In this document: positions 41,202 through 50,209 of the stretch, in pieces | Numbering within the stretch: position 1 is the first letter of the stretch | Layout: every line of letters starts with the position of its first letter | Assembly: GCA_902634695.1 (NCBI GenBank) | Contig: CACPLE010000001.1 | Coordinates: 9,401 to 73,400, forward strand | Source: an uncultured Pelagibacteraceae bacterium | GTDB lineage: Bacteria; Pseudomonadota; Alphaproteobacteria; Pelagibacterales; Pelagibacteraceae | Reading direction: 5' to 3' | DNA length: 64,000 nucleotides | Notes under the pieces: model-generated | What the model saw: only the letters and a program-made list of their open reading frames with translations | Told to the model about the DNA's origin: nothing | Database searches by the model: none | Program-made: the position numbers and the translations under genes

Positions 41202-41641
41202 TAAATCATTTGTAAACCTACTCCTGTCTTAGGATAGGTATAAAGATTATAATTAGCTGTTAATTCTTCACCTTTTTTAATATCTTTAATTGATACCATA
41301 AACATAAATTTTGCATCACTTTTTTCGTTTAAATTATAAAACATATTTTCTCTATCGTTTTTCCCATCTTTTAATTTTTGTGCATTTGCATTTGGGTCTA
41401 CAAGATCTCCAAATTTTAATTTTGGTAGTACATCTGTTACCATTCTTATTACTGTTGGGTCGTTAGAGTGATTATAAAAGCCTCCTAGTGGGGTTCTAAT
41501 ATATTTATTTTCAAATTGTTCATCTCTAACATGAGTTACTCCAATAAATGTGTTTTTTTTAATATCAATAGTAGCAAATAAACCCAAACCTTCGATTGGT
41601 GAATTTTTTATAGTTAATCCATCTGGTAAAGGTCTATACAT
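41201..41641 (-). CDS. SET domain protein (putative lysine methyltransferase)
   Basis: SPIEGLGLFA, YNHSNDP, DIKKGEELTANY, matching SET motifs I, III and IV. Confidence 0.85.
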   Translation of the reverse strand: MYRPLPDGLTIKNSPIEGLGLFATIDIKKNTFIGVTHVRDEQFENKYIRTPLGGFYNHSNDPTVIRMVTDVLPKLKFGDLVDPNANAQKLKDGKNDRENMFYNLNEKSDAKFMFMVSIKDIKKGEELTANYNLYTYPKTGVGLQMI

Positions 41642-42757
41642 TTATTTTATTGCCTCTATTGGTGAAATAAATTTATGTCCAAAAGCATCTGCTACTGCTT
41701 TATAAGTAACTTCACCTTTATGAACATTTAGCCCAGCTAATAAGTTTTTGTCTTCGCCTAAAGCTTTTTGATAACCTTTGTTTGCTAATTTTACTAAGTA
41801 AGGAAGAGTTGCTTTATTCAATGCAAATGTTGAAGTTCTTGGAACACCACCTGGCATATTTGCAACACAATAATGAACAACATCGTCAACTATATACGTT
41901 GGATTTCCATGAGTTGTTGGTTTACTAGTTTCAACACATCCTCCTTGGTCAATTGCAACATCCACAATAACAGATCCTCTTTTCATTAATTTTAACATTT
42001 TTTTTGTAACTAATTTAGGTGCTTCTGCACCAGGTATTAAAACTCCTCCAATTAATAAGTCGGCTTCTGCCACTAATTTATTTAAGTCAATTTTATCACT
42101 TTGTTTTGGAATAATTTTGTCTCCAAACATTTGAACTAATTGTTTTAATCTTGCTTCAGATTTATCAACTATATGAACTTTGGCTTTCATACCTGTTGCT
42201 ATTATTGCTGCATTCTCGCCTACAACTCCTCCTCCAAGAATTAATACATTTGCAGGTTCTCCACCTGGTGCTCCACCTAATAATATTCCTCTACCTTTTT
42301 GATTTTTTTCTAAACAATGTGCGCCAGCTTGAATCGACATTCTTCCAGCTACAGCGCTCATGGGTGCTAGTAAAGGAAGTCTGCCATTATCATCTGTGAC
42401 AGTTTCGTAAGCTATATTAATACTTTTAGATTTAATTAAACCTGCGGTAAGTTCTTTTGCAGCCGCAAGGTGTAAATAAGTATAGACAATTTGATTTTCT
42501 CTAATCATGTCTACTTCAACTTTTTGGGGTTCTTTAACTTTAACAATAATTTCAGAGTCGCTAAAAATATCTGCTGCTTTATTTACAATTTTTGCACCAG
42601 CACTTGTATATTGTTCATTTTCAAAGCCTGCTTCAAATCCACCATTGTTTTCAACTAAAACTTCATGACCTTCTGATACCAAAGCTTTTACGCTATCCGG
42701 GGTTAAACCAATTCTATTTTCTTGAGGTTTTATCTCTTTAGGAACGCCAATTTTCAT
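41642..42757 (-). CDS. ald: Alanine dehydrogenase
   Basis: MKIGVPKEIK..ENR, YLHLAA, LAPMSAVAGR, DVAIDQGG, VANMPG. Confidence 0.97.
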   Translation of the reverse strand: MKIGVPKEIKPQENRIGLTPDSVKALVSEGHEVLVENNGGFEAGFENEQYTSAGAKIVNKAADIFSDSEIIVKVKEPQKVEVDMIRENQIVYTYLHLAAAKELTAGLIKSKSINIAYETVTDDNGRLPLLAPMSAVAGRMSIQAGAHCLEKNQKGRGILLGGAPGGEPANVLILGGGVVGENAAIIATGMKAKVHIVDKSEARLKQLVQMFGDKIIPKQSDKIDLNKLVAEADLLIGGVLIPGAEAPKLVTKKMLKLMKRGSVIVDVAIDQGGCVETSKPTTHGNPTYIVDDVVHYCVANMPGGVPRTSTFALNKATLPYLVKLANKGYQKALGEDKNLLAGLNVHKGEVTYKAVADAFGHKFISPIEAIK

Positions 42758-42767
42758 ATTAAGAAAA

Positions 42768-44114
42768 TTAATTTTTCTTGTTTTTTGAATATGTTAAAAT
42801 ACCTGTTCTTAATTTATCTATTATTTCATCAATATGTTTTTTTTCTGAAATAAACATTGGAGCAATAATTAAACAATCTCCTGTTGCTTTGAAATTAATA
42901 CCTGCTTCATAACAATGTTTGTAACAAGTAAAACCAGCTTTTCCAGGTTTCTGATCCATTTTCATATCAATACCTGCCATTAACCCATATCCTCTAATAT
43001 TTTCCACTACATCTAAATCTTGAAGAGAAAATATAGCTTTTTGATAGTAAGGAACTAATTCTTTAACTCTGTTAAAGATATCTTCTTTTTCAATAATATC
43101 CTGAACTGCTAGTCCTGCAGCAACTGCAACTGGAATAGCTGAATAAGTATAACCGTGGAATAATTCAATTGCACCTTTTGGAGCGTTATCAACAATTGTA
43201 TTATAAATTTCTTCTTTACAAGCAACAGCTCCCATTGGAACAACCCCATTAGTTGTTGCTTTCGCCATAGTCATTATATCTGGAGTAACTCCAAATTCTT
43301 GCGAAGCAAAAGCAGATCCCATTCTTCCCCAACCAGTAATAACTTCATCAAAAATTAATAGAATTCCATGTTTATCACATATTTCTCTTAATCTTTGTAA
43401 ATATCCTTTTGGTGGAACCAGTGTTCCAGTAGAACCAGCTGTTGGTTCAACTATACACGCTGCAATATTTTCAGCACCAAAGTTTGCTGCAAATCTTTCA
43501 AGATCATTTGCTAACTCAACTCCAGTTTCTGGTTGTCCGCTTACAAATTTATGTTCTGGTAAATGAGTATGTCTCATATGAACTACACCAGGCATTAATA
43601 AACTTGCATAAGTTTTAACATTGTTAATCATTCCACCAACAGAAGTTCCTCCGATATGCATGCCATGATATGCACGTTCTCTTCCAACTATTCTAAATCT
43701 TTGTCCTTGACCATTAGCTTTATGATAAGCTATTGAAATTTTTATAGCTGTTTCTACAGCATCAGATCCTCCTGTTGAAAAGAAAATTCTATTTAAATTT
43801 CCTGGAGTGTGTTTTGTAATTCTTGTTGCTAATTCAAATGATCCACCAAAGCCTTGTTGGAAAGGTTGAGTGTAATCTAAAGTTTCAAGTTGTTTTGTTA
43901 CAGCTTCTATAATTTCTTTTCTTCCGTGACCAAAAGGATTACAAAACAAACCGGAACTTGCATCAATCATGGTTTTTCCATGATGATTTTTTAAATACAT
44001 TCCTTTAGCTTCTGTGATTAATCTAGGATTTTCTTTAAAATCTTTATTCGCCGTAAAAGGCATCCAATGTTCATTAAGAGAATTTGGAACTGAAGGCCTG
44101 TTTTCTGAGCTCAT
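42768..44114 (-). CDS. Class III omega-amino acid--pyruvate aminotransferase (beta-alanine/taurine)
   Basis: HWMPFTAN, FDEVITGWGRMG, PDIMTMAK, HGYTYS. Between ald and tauABC. Confidence 0.88.
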   Translation of the reverse strand: MSSENRPSVPNSLNEHWMPFTANKDFKENPRLITEAKGMYLKNHHGKTMIDASSGLFCNPFGHGRKEIIEAVTKQLETLDYTQPFQQGFGGSFELATRITKHTPGNLNRIFFSTGGSDAVETAIKISIAYHKANGQGQRFRIVGRERAYHGMHIGGTSVGGMINNVKTYASLLMPGVVHMRHTHLPEHKFVSGQPETGVELANDLERFAANFGAENIAACIVEPTAGSTGTLVPPKGYLQRLREICDKHGILLIFDEVITGWGRMGSAFASQEFGVTPDIMTMAKATTNGVVPMGAVACKEEIYNTIVDNAPKGAIELFHGYTYSAIPVAVAAGLAVQDIIEKEDIFNRVKELVPYYQKAIFSLQDLDVVENIRGYGLMAGIDMKMDQKPGKAGFTCYKHCYEAGINFKATGDCLIIAPMFISEKKHIDEIIDKLRTGILTYSKNKKN

Positions 44115-44307
44115 AATTTTTAATATTTAATTAAGATAAATTTTTAGACTAAAAAAAAAAAATTAACTAGAAGTTTATTTAAGTATTTGTTGATTAAATT
44201 AAGGTAATACAATTTTTAGTTGTATAAAAAAATAATAAATACTTCATTTACATCTATTAAAAATTCAAATTAAATAACGTTTTTATTAATTAATAAAAGG
44301 GGAATAA

Positions 44308-45249
44308 ATGAAAAAAATAATTAGTTTTATTCTAGCAAGTATTGTTGCTTTTTCTCTTAGTATTTCAGTTGCTAATTCAGCTGCTAAAGAAGTAAGAGTA
44401 GCATTCTTTTTAGAATGGCCAACTCCAAACCAAGAAGATAAAGTTAAGAAGCTTTTTGATAAAGCTCTAGGTGTTCCTGTTAAATGGACTAACTTTGCAA
44501 ATGGTGGAGCAATGACTGATGCTATGTTAGCAGGAGATATTGATATCTCATACTCGCAAGGTTTAGTACCTTTCATTAACGCAGTTAAATCAAAAGCGCC
44601 TTTGAAGCTTGTAGATATAGCTATGGAATATGGAATGGGCGGAACAACTTGTGTTACATCTAACGCATCTGGAATTACAAAAGCTAACGCTTCTGAATTA
44701 GAAGGCAAAAAAGTTGCAGTTCCACTAGGAACTATGGCTGAGTATGTTTTTGATGAAAGTATGAAAGTTGTAGGAGCTGATAGAAGTAAAATGGACGTTA
44801 TTCAAATGGATCCTGAAGAAGGAGCTGCTGCATTAGTTAGTGGTGATGTTGTTATGGCATGTCTATTTGGTGGTAACTCTATCAAAGCTGCAGTAGCAGT
44901 TGGTTCAAGACTTTTAACAGTTCAAGAAGCTCGTGATGCAGGTATCTTAGGTATAGATATTACATCTGTTACTGATAAATTTATGAAAGAAAATCCAGGT
45001 ATGCTTAGAACTTTCATAGAAGTAACTCATGAAGCTAATGCTAGATACGCAGCAGGCAAAAGTGACATGAACGTAATAGCTAAAGATGCTGAAATGAAGC
45101 TTGGTGATATGAAAGAAACTATTGGTGGATTTAAATTTCTTACACCTGCAGAAACTAAAAAGTCTATGGAAAGTGGTAATCTTGCTGGATTCCTAAAAGG
45201 AATGGACACTCCTAGTGGAGCAGTAGATACTAGTTTTTTACCTTTATAA
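44308..45249 (+). CDS. tauA: Taurine ABC transporter substrate-binding protein
   Basis: Signal peptide, FFLEWPTP, ISYSQG, VAVPLGTMA as in Roseobacter-type TauA. SD upstream. Confidence 0.82.
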   Translation: MKKIISFILASIVAFSLSISVANSAAKEVRVAFFLEWPTPNQEDKVKKLFDKALGVPVKWTNFANGGAMTDAMLAGDIDISYSQGLVPFINAVKSKAPLKLVDIAMEYGMGGTTCVTSNASGITKANASELEGKKVAVPLGTMAEYVFDESMKVVGADRSKMDVIQMDPEEGAAALVSGDVVMACLFGGNSIKAAVAVGSRLLTVQEARDAGILGIDITSVTDKFMKENPGMLRTFIEVTHEANARYAAGKSDMNVIAKDAEMKLGDMKETIGGFKFLTPAETKKSMESGNLAGFLKGMDTPSGAVDTSFLPL

Positions 45250-45270
45250 TTTAAAGGTTAAGATAAAATT

Positions 45271-45309
45271 AAATAGGCGCCAATTTATTAAATTGGTGCC
45301 TATTTTTTT
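45271..45309 (+). terminator. Intrinsic terminator or attenuator after tauA
   Basis: aaataggcgccaattt / aattggtgcctattt stem followed by a T-run. Confidence 0.85.
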
Positions 45310-45335
45310 AATAAAAATTCTACTATATTATTTTT

Positions 45336-46133
45336 ATGAGTGATCTGGTTTCTCAAAATCTGAATATGATTTTTAAAACTCCAAAAGGAGAAACTGTTCA
45401 CGCATTAAAAGATTTAAATTTTACACTTAAAAAAGGAGAACTTTTAACAGTTCTTGGTCCTTCTGGTTGTGGAAAAACAACTTTATTAAATATTGCCGCA
45501 GGTTTTCTTAGACCTACATCTGGTTCAATTGTATTAGGTGGAAATGAAATTAATGGACCTGGTGTAGAAAGAGGAATGGTTTTTCAACAAGGTGCATTGT
45601 TTGAATGGTTGACAGTTGCTGAAAATGTAAACTTTGGTTTAAGGATGAAAAAAGAAGATCCTGTTAAAACAGCAAAAAAAGTTGAAGAATGGTTGGATAT
45701 AGTTGGACTACAAGGGTTTGGAAACACTCCAACTTATCAATTGTCTGGGGGTATGCAGCAAAGAGTTGCCCTTGCAAGATGTCTAATTAATGATCCAGAT
45801 TTAATTTTGATGGATGAACCGTTAGGAGCACTTGATGCTTTAACTAGAGAAAAAATGCAGTCTTTAGTTTTAAAAATTTGGAAAGAAACAGGAAAAACTA
45901 TAATTTTAATTACTCACTCAGTTGAAGAAGCTTTGCTGCTTGGTGAAAAGTTATACGTAATGGCGCCAAGACCAGGTCGTATACATAAAGAATATAAACT
46001 TCCATTTGCTTCATTGGGAATAGATGGAGATTTAAGAGAAATAAAAAAAAAACAAGAATTTGCTAGCAAAAGAGAAGAGATTTTGGCCATGATTTGGAAC
46101 ATGGAAGAAGAAATAATGGGTAAAGATATTTAA
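45336..46133 (+). CDS. tauB: Taurine/sulfonate ABC transporter ATP-binding protein
   Basis: GPSGCGKTT, LSGGMQQR, DEPLGALD. Confidence 0.88.
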   Translation: MSDLVSQNLNMIFKTPKGETVHALKDLNFTLKKGELLTVLGPSGCGKTTLLNIAAGFLRPTSGSIVLGGNEINGPGVERGMVFQQGALFEWLTVAENVNFGLRMKKEDPVKTAKKVEEWLDIVGLQGFGNTPTYQLSGGMQQRVALARCLINDPDLILMDEPLGALDALTREKMQSLVLKIWKETGKTIILITHSVEEALLLGEKLYVMAPRPGRIHKEYKLPFASLGIDGDLREIKKKQEFASKREEILAMIWNMEEEIMGKDI

Positions 46134-46134
46134 T

Positions 46135-48048
46135 ATGTTCACTAAAATTATCACATTTTTAATTTTTTTTGCTGTTGTAGGGTGCATTTTGCATGGAAGA
46201 AGAATAATAAAAACTGAAAAAGTTGATGCTGTTTTTGGAAACCCTGAAAGAGCTAAGGGTGGAACTCATTGGGTTATTGTTGGTAGTAGTTTTATACTAT
46301 TAACATGGCTTTATTATTCGTGGGATATTGCAAAAGGTTTTTATCCAAAATCAGCTAATGAACTTTGTCAAGTTGCGAAAGTAAATGATTCTTTACTTTC
46401 ATTAAAATATTTATTTCCAATAGAACAAAGACAATTCAAAAGTACTTTTATAATCAAGAGTGAAAATAAAAATATTGATAAACTAGGTGTTGAGATACAA
46501 AATTCTCAAGACATAAGAGACCAAGACAAAAGTAAGCTTTTAGGTTTGATTAAAAAAACAAAAAAAACAATTCCATTATTAACCAATGAAAAACTTCTAG
46601 AAAATGAAACTAACAGTAAGATTAATGAATTAACTAATAAAATTATTTGGCTTACAGAAGATTTCCAAAAAGTAAGTTACCCGCCAATAAAAAGTCTTGA
46701 AGAAGAGAATAAAAGAATTGAAGCTTTAAAAACACAAGGAGGATGGGGATCCTCAGGTACAGCAGTAGAACAAACAATAGAAATTCCTATTATACCGGAA
46801 ACAAAAAAAGGTTTAAAATTTGATGCTGCCGCAAAAGAATTAAAAATAATTAGTGATGAATTCTTTAAATTAAGAAACCATAACCCAGATTACAAGAGTG
46901 CCATGAAAGAAATTAAAGATGAAATAAAAGAATATAGATCAGGATTAGGTGATACACATGAAATTGCATCAACCTTTGCAAAAGATATTCTTAAAGTTGC
47001 AAGAAGAATAGAATACGCAAGCATCTTTCCACCAAAAACTTTGAATGCGATGCAAGAATCTCTTATAGAATTCGACCGTGTTCAAAAAAAAGAGCAAGGA
47101 AGCTTGAGATATGTTGATATTTTTTTATTCCCTGCTGGAACAATTGTATCAAGCGGTCCTAGTTGCTCTGAACAAGGTTCTGGTAGATGGTTGCCTAAGC
47201 CTTCTGATACTTTAAATAAGTTTGCTCTTTTACTAAAACCAAGTGTTGGATTTAAAAATATCCCACTAATTTGGTTTGAGATGATGGACGTTAGTAAAAT
47301 AGTTGGTTTTCTTGTTCCAGATTGGATTGCGGATATTATTCCTGGTGAGTACCCTGTTCATAGTGAGGATGGATCAGTAAAACCAAATTTAAAAAGTAAA
47401 ATTTTAAATATAGCAACTGGTGAATTTAAATTATTCAAAATACCTGTGCCAATGGGTCATATATGGGATTCATTTTTAAGGGTATTCTTGGGATTGGTTC
47501 TTGGAATAATATTTGGTGTGCCTCTAGGTTTATTTATGGGTCTAAATAGATTTGCTAAAGGATTTTTTGATCCATTAATTGAATTATACAGGCCCGTACC
47601 ACCACTTGCTTGGGCACCGCTAGTAATTTCTGTTCTTGGAATTGATAACGTTGGAAAAGTTTTCTTATTATTTATGGTATCTTTCTCAATTATGATTATT
47701 TCAGCAAGAGCTGGTGCGTCAGGAACTCAGTTGTCTAAAATTCATGCTTCGCACTCACTAGGTGCTTCTAGATGGCAGATACTAAGATATGTTATATTTC
47801 CAAATTCATTACCAGAAATATTAACTGGTGTAAGAGTAGCTATTGGTATGTGTTGGGGAACATTGGTTGCAGCTGAGTTTTTAGCAGGAACTACTGGTAT
47901 TGGTTTTGTTGAAAACGTTGCAAAAAAATATTTTCAATATGAAGTTATTTGGATAACCATATTTGTTATGGGTATGCTTGGCCTTTTATTTGATGTTACT
48001 CTTAGAAAAATAATAGATAAAACTATTCCTTGGCGTGGAAAAGGTTAA
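46135..48048 (+). CDS. tauC: Taurine/sulfonate ABC permease with large N-terminal extra domain
   Basis: C-terminal RPVPPLAW, SLGAS, WGTLVAAE (TauC/SsuC). About 430-aa N-terminal extension. Confidence 0.82.
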   Translation: MFTKIITFLIFFAVVGCILHGRRIIKTEKVDAVFGNPERAKGGTHWVIVGSSFILLTWLYYSWDIAKGFYPKSANELCQVAKVNDSLLSLKYLFPIEQRQFKSTFIIKSENKNIDKLGVEIQNSQDIRDQDKSKLLGLIKKTKKTIPLLTNEKLLENETNSKINELTNKIIWLTEDFQKVSYPPIKSLEEENKRIEALKTQGGWGSSGTAVEQTIEIPIIPETKKGLKFDAAAKELKIISDEFFKLRNHNPDYKSAMKEIKDEIKEYRSGLGDTHEIASTFAKDILKVARRIEYASIFPPKTLNAMQESLIEFDRVQKKEQGSLRYVDIFLFPAGTIVSSGPSCSEQGSGRWLPKPSDTLNKFALLLKPSVGFKNIPLIWFEMMDVSKIVGFLVPDWIADIIPGEYPVHSEDGSVKPNLKSKILNIATGEFKLFKIPVPMGHIWDSFLRVFLGLVLGIIFGVPLGLFMGLNRFAKGFFDPLIELYRPVPPLAWAPLVISVLGIDNVGKVFLLFMVSFSIMIISARAGASGTQLSKIHASHSLGASRWQILRYVIFPNSLPEILTGVRVAIGMCWGTLVAAEFLAGTTGIGFVENVAKKYFQYEVIWITIFVMGMLGLLFDVTLRKIIDKTIPWRGKG

Positions 48049-48636
48049 ATGCTCAATAAAGAAGTTCTAGAAAGTATTTTTCAAAAATTACTTTCTCAAG
48101 CAAAAAAATCATATGACGAATTTAACGCAGCAGATGGAAAAATTGGGGATGGTGACCTAGGTGTTACTATTTTAAATGGTTTAGAGGAAATAAATAATAA
48201 TAAAGCTAATTTTAAAGATGATTTAGGAATAAATTTTATGCTGTGTTCTCAAGCATTTGTAAAAAAATCAGGTTCAAGTTTTGGAACTTTAATAGCATTT
48301 TCTTTTATGAATATTTCAAAAAATTTAAAAGGGAAAACTGAATGTAGTCATAATGAGATAATAGGTATTTTCGAAACTTCATTAAAAACTATACTTGAAA
48401 GAGGTAAAACAAAACTTGGAGATAAGACAATAGCTGATAGCTTTGATTTGATAATAAAAAAACTTAAAGATGGTCAAAATTATTCAGAAATATTTAAGTC
48501 TGCAACAAAACAAGCTTTGGAAGATTTTAAAGGTAAAAAAATTAAAATTGGTAGAGCTAGAATGTTTGAAGATAAAACAAAAGATTTAGACGATCCTGGA
48601 ATGTTTGCTTTAAATAAATTAACTGAAGTTTTTTAA
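48049..48636 (+). CDS. dhaL: Dihydroxyacetone kinase L subunit (DAK2)
   Basis: DGKIGDGDLG, GSSFGTL, GDKT, GRA, DPG. Confidence 0.85.
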   Translation: MLNKEVLESIFQKLLSQAKKSYDEFNAADGKIGDGDLGVTILNGLEEINNNKANFKDDLGINFMLCSQAFVKKSGSSFGTLIAFSFMNISKNLKGKTECSHNEIIGIFETSLKTILERGKTKLGDKTIADSFDLIIKKLKDGQNYSEIFKSATKQALEDFKGKKIKIGRARMFEDKTKDLDDPGMFALNKLTEVF

Positions 48637-48640
48637 TTTA

Positions 48641-49024
48641 CTATCTTAACTTTCTCTTAATTTTAAGTCCAAGTTTATCACTATGGCGCAGTCTAAGAAC
48701 TACGATTGCTCCTGCTATTAACAATATAGCTACAGCTTCATACACCAAACCTGTTGGGTCCATTTCTTTTCCTTGAAGTATAATAAATCTAGATAGAGCA
48801 GTTATTGCTATTAGCAAAGGCAAAGTAATACTTATAGATTGTTCATCCCAAAATACTCTTACCATTGCTAATACCTCTAAATAAAGAAACATTAAAAGTA
48901 GGTCTGCTAGGGTAACTGATTTGTTTACATACATAGTTTTTATTTCTATACAAATTGCAATAACTGTACTGATAAGGATAACTATTAACAAAGCAAATTG
49001 TAGATTTTTAGTAATTTTTTCCAT
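48641..49024 (-). CDS. Phosphate-starvation-inducible PsiE family membrane protein
   Basis: DLLLMFLYLEV, PLLIAITALSRFII. Confidence 0.82.
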   Translation of the reverse strand: MEKITKNLQFALLIVILISTVIAICIEIKTMYVNKSVTLADLLLMFLYLEVLAMVRVFWDEQSISITLPLLIAITALSRFIILQGKEMDPTGLVYEAVAILLIAGAIVVLRLRHSDKLGLKIKRKLR

Positions 49025-50172
49025 TAGATATTTTTTAATTTTTTAGCAAATTCAAAAATATCTTTAACCAATAATTCAGGTTGTTCTAATGCAGCAAAAT
49101 GTCCCCCCTTAGGCATTTTTGTCCAATGTTGAATATTGTAAATTCTTTCAACATAAGATCTTGGAGCCCATTCTAAATATTCTTTTGGAAATAGAGCTAC
49201 TGCTGTTGGAATTTTAATGGGCAAACCTTCTTTTGGAAGAAATCTACCGCCTTCTGCTACTCTTCCATAGTAAATCCATGAAGCAGTATTAAAAGTTTTT
49301 GTAACTAAATAGACCATTATATTTGATAACAAAGTATCTTTTGAATAAACGCTTTCGATATCATTATTTTTAATATCAGACCAACCACGCATCTTTTCAA
49401 TAATCCAAGCAGCTACTCCTACTGGACTATCCATCATTGCATAGCTCAAAGTTTGAGGTTTGGTTGATTGTTGTATTCTATAACCATTTTCTTTTATTTG
49501 ATCTCTTTCAAATCTTTCTTCCCATTCTTTTTCTTCTTTAGTTTTAGGTCCTTCAGGATGCCGAACGATTAAAATATTTATATGAATTGCTTTACAAGTA
49601 TTTGGAAAGTCATATCCAAGCCAAGTAGCAATTGTTCCACCAAAATCACCTCCTTGTGCTATGTATGTTTTGTATCCAAGAATTTTTGTCATTAATGAAT
49701 TAAATATCAATGCCATTTTTCTTGGCCCAATTGGTTTTGAAGGACGACCTGAAAATCCAAAACCAGGTAAAGAAGGTATCACAACATCAAAAGCATTTTC
49801 TTCTTTTCCACCATATTTTTCTGGATGCGCCAGTTGATCAATAATATCTAAAAACTCTAAAACTGATCCTGGCCATCCGTGACTTAACAATAAAGGCTTT
49901 GGATTTGATCCACTTCCTTTTTCATGAATAAAATGAATATTAACATCATCTATATTTGTTTTAAAATTTCTAAATTTATTAATTTTTTCTTCTGTTTTTT
50001 TCCAATCAAACTTTTCAACCCAATATTTTGAAATTTCTTTCATATAATCTAGGTTTGTTCCATAATCCCATCCGCCATCATCAGGCATTTCATGCCATGG
50101 ATAAGTTGAAACTTTATTGTTAATATTCTCAATTATTTTGTTGGAAATATTTATTTTAAATGGTGTAATCAT
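49024..50172 (-). CDS. Epoxide hydrolase (EHN + alpha/beta hydrolase)
   Basis: HGWPGS, QGGDFG nucleophile, GGHFAALEQP. Confidence 0.92.
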   Translation of the reverse strand: MITPFKINISNKIIENINNKVSTYPWHEMPDDGGWDYGTNLDYMKEISKYWVEKFDWKKTEEKINKFRNFKTNIDDVNIHFIHEKGSGSNPKPLLLSHGWPGSVLEFLDIIDQLAHPEKYGGKEENAFDVVIPSLPGFGFSGRPSKPIGPRKMALIFNSLMTKILGYKTYIAQGGDFGGTIATWLGYDFPNTCKAIHINILIVRHPEGPKTKEEKEWEERFERDQIKENGYRIQQSTKPQTLSYAMMDSPVGVAAWIIEKMRGWSDIKNNDIESVYSKDTLLSNIMVYLVTKTFNTASWIYYGRVAEGGRFLPKEGLPIKIPTAVALFPKEYLEWAPRSYVERIYNIQHWTKMPKGGHFAALEQPELLVKDIFEFAKKLKNI

Positions 50173-50209
50173 ATAAAAATATACTTTAGTATATTGGTAA
50201 AATAATTAC

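Noticed and set aside
41190-41210. Glycine riboswitch ahead of the GcvT-family gene
   Set aside because: No leader exists. The start overlaps the SET gene stop.
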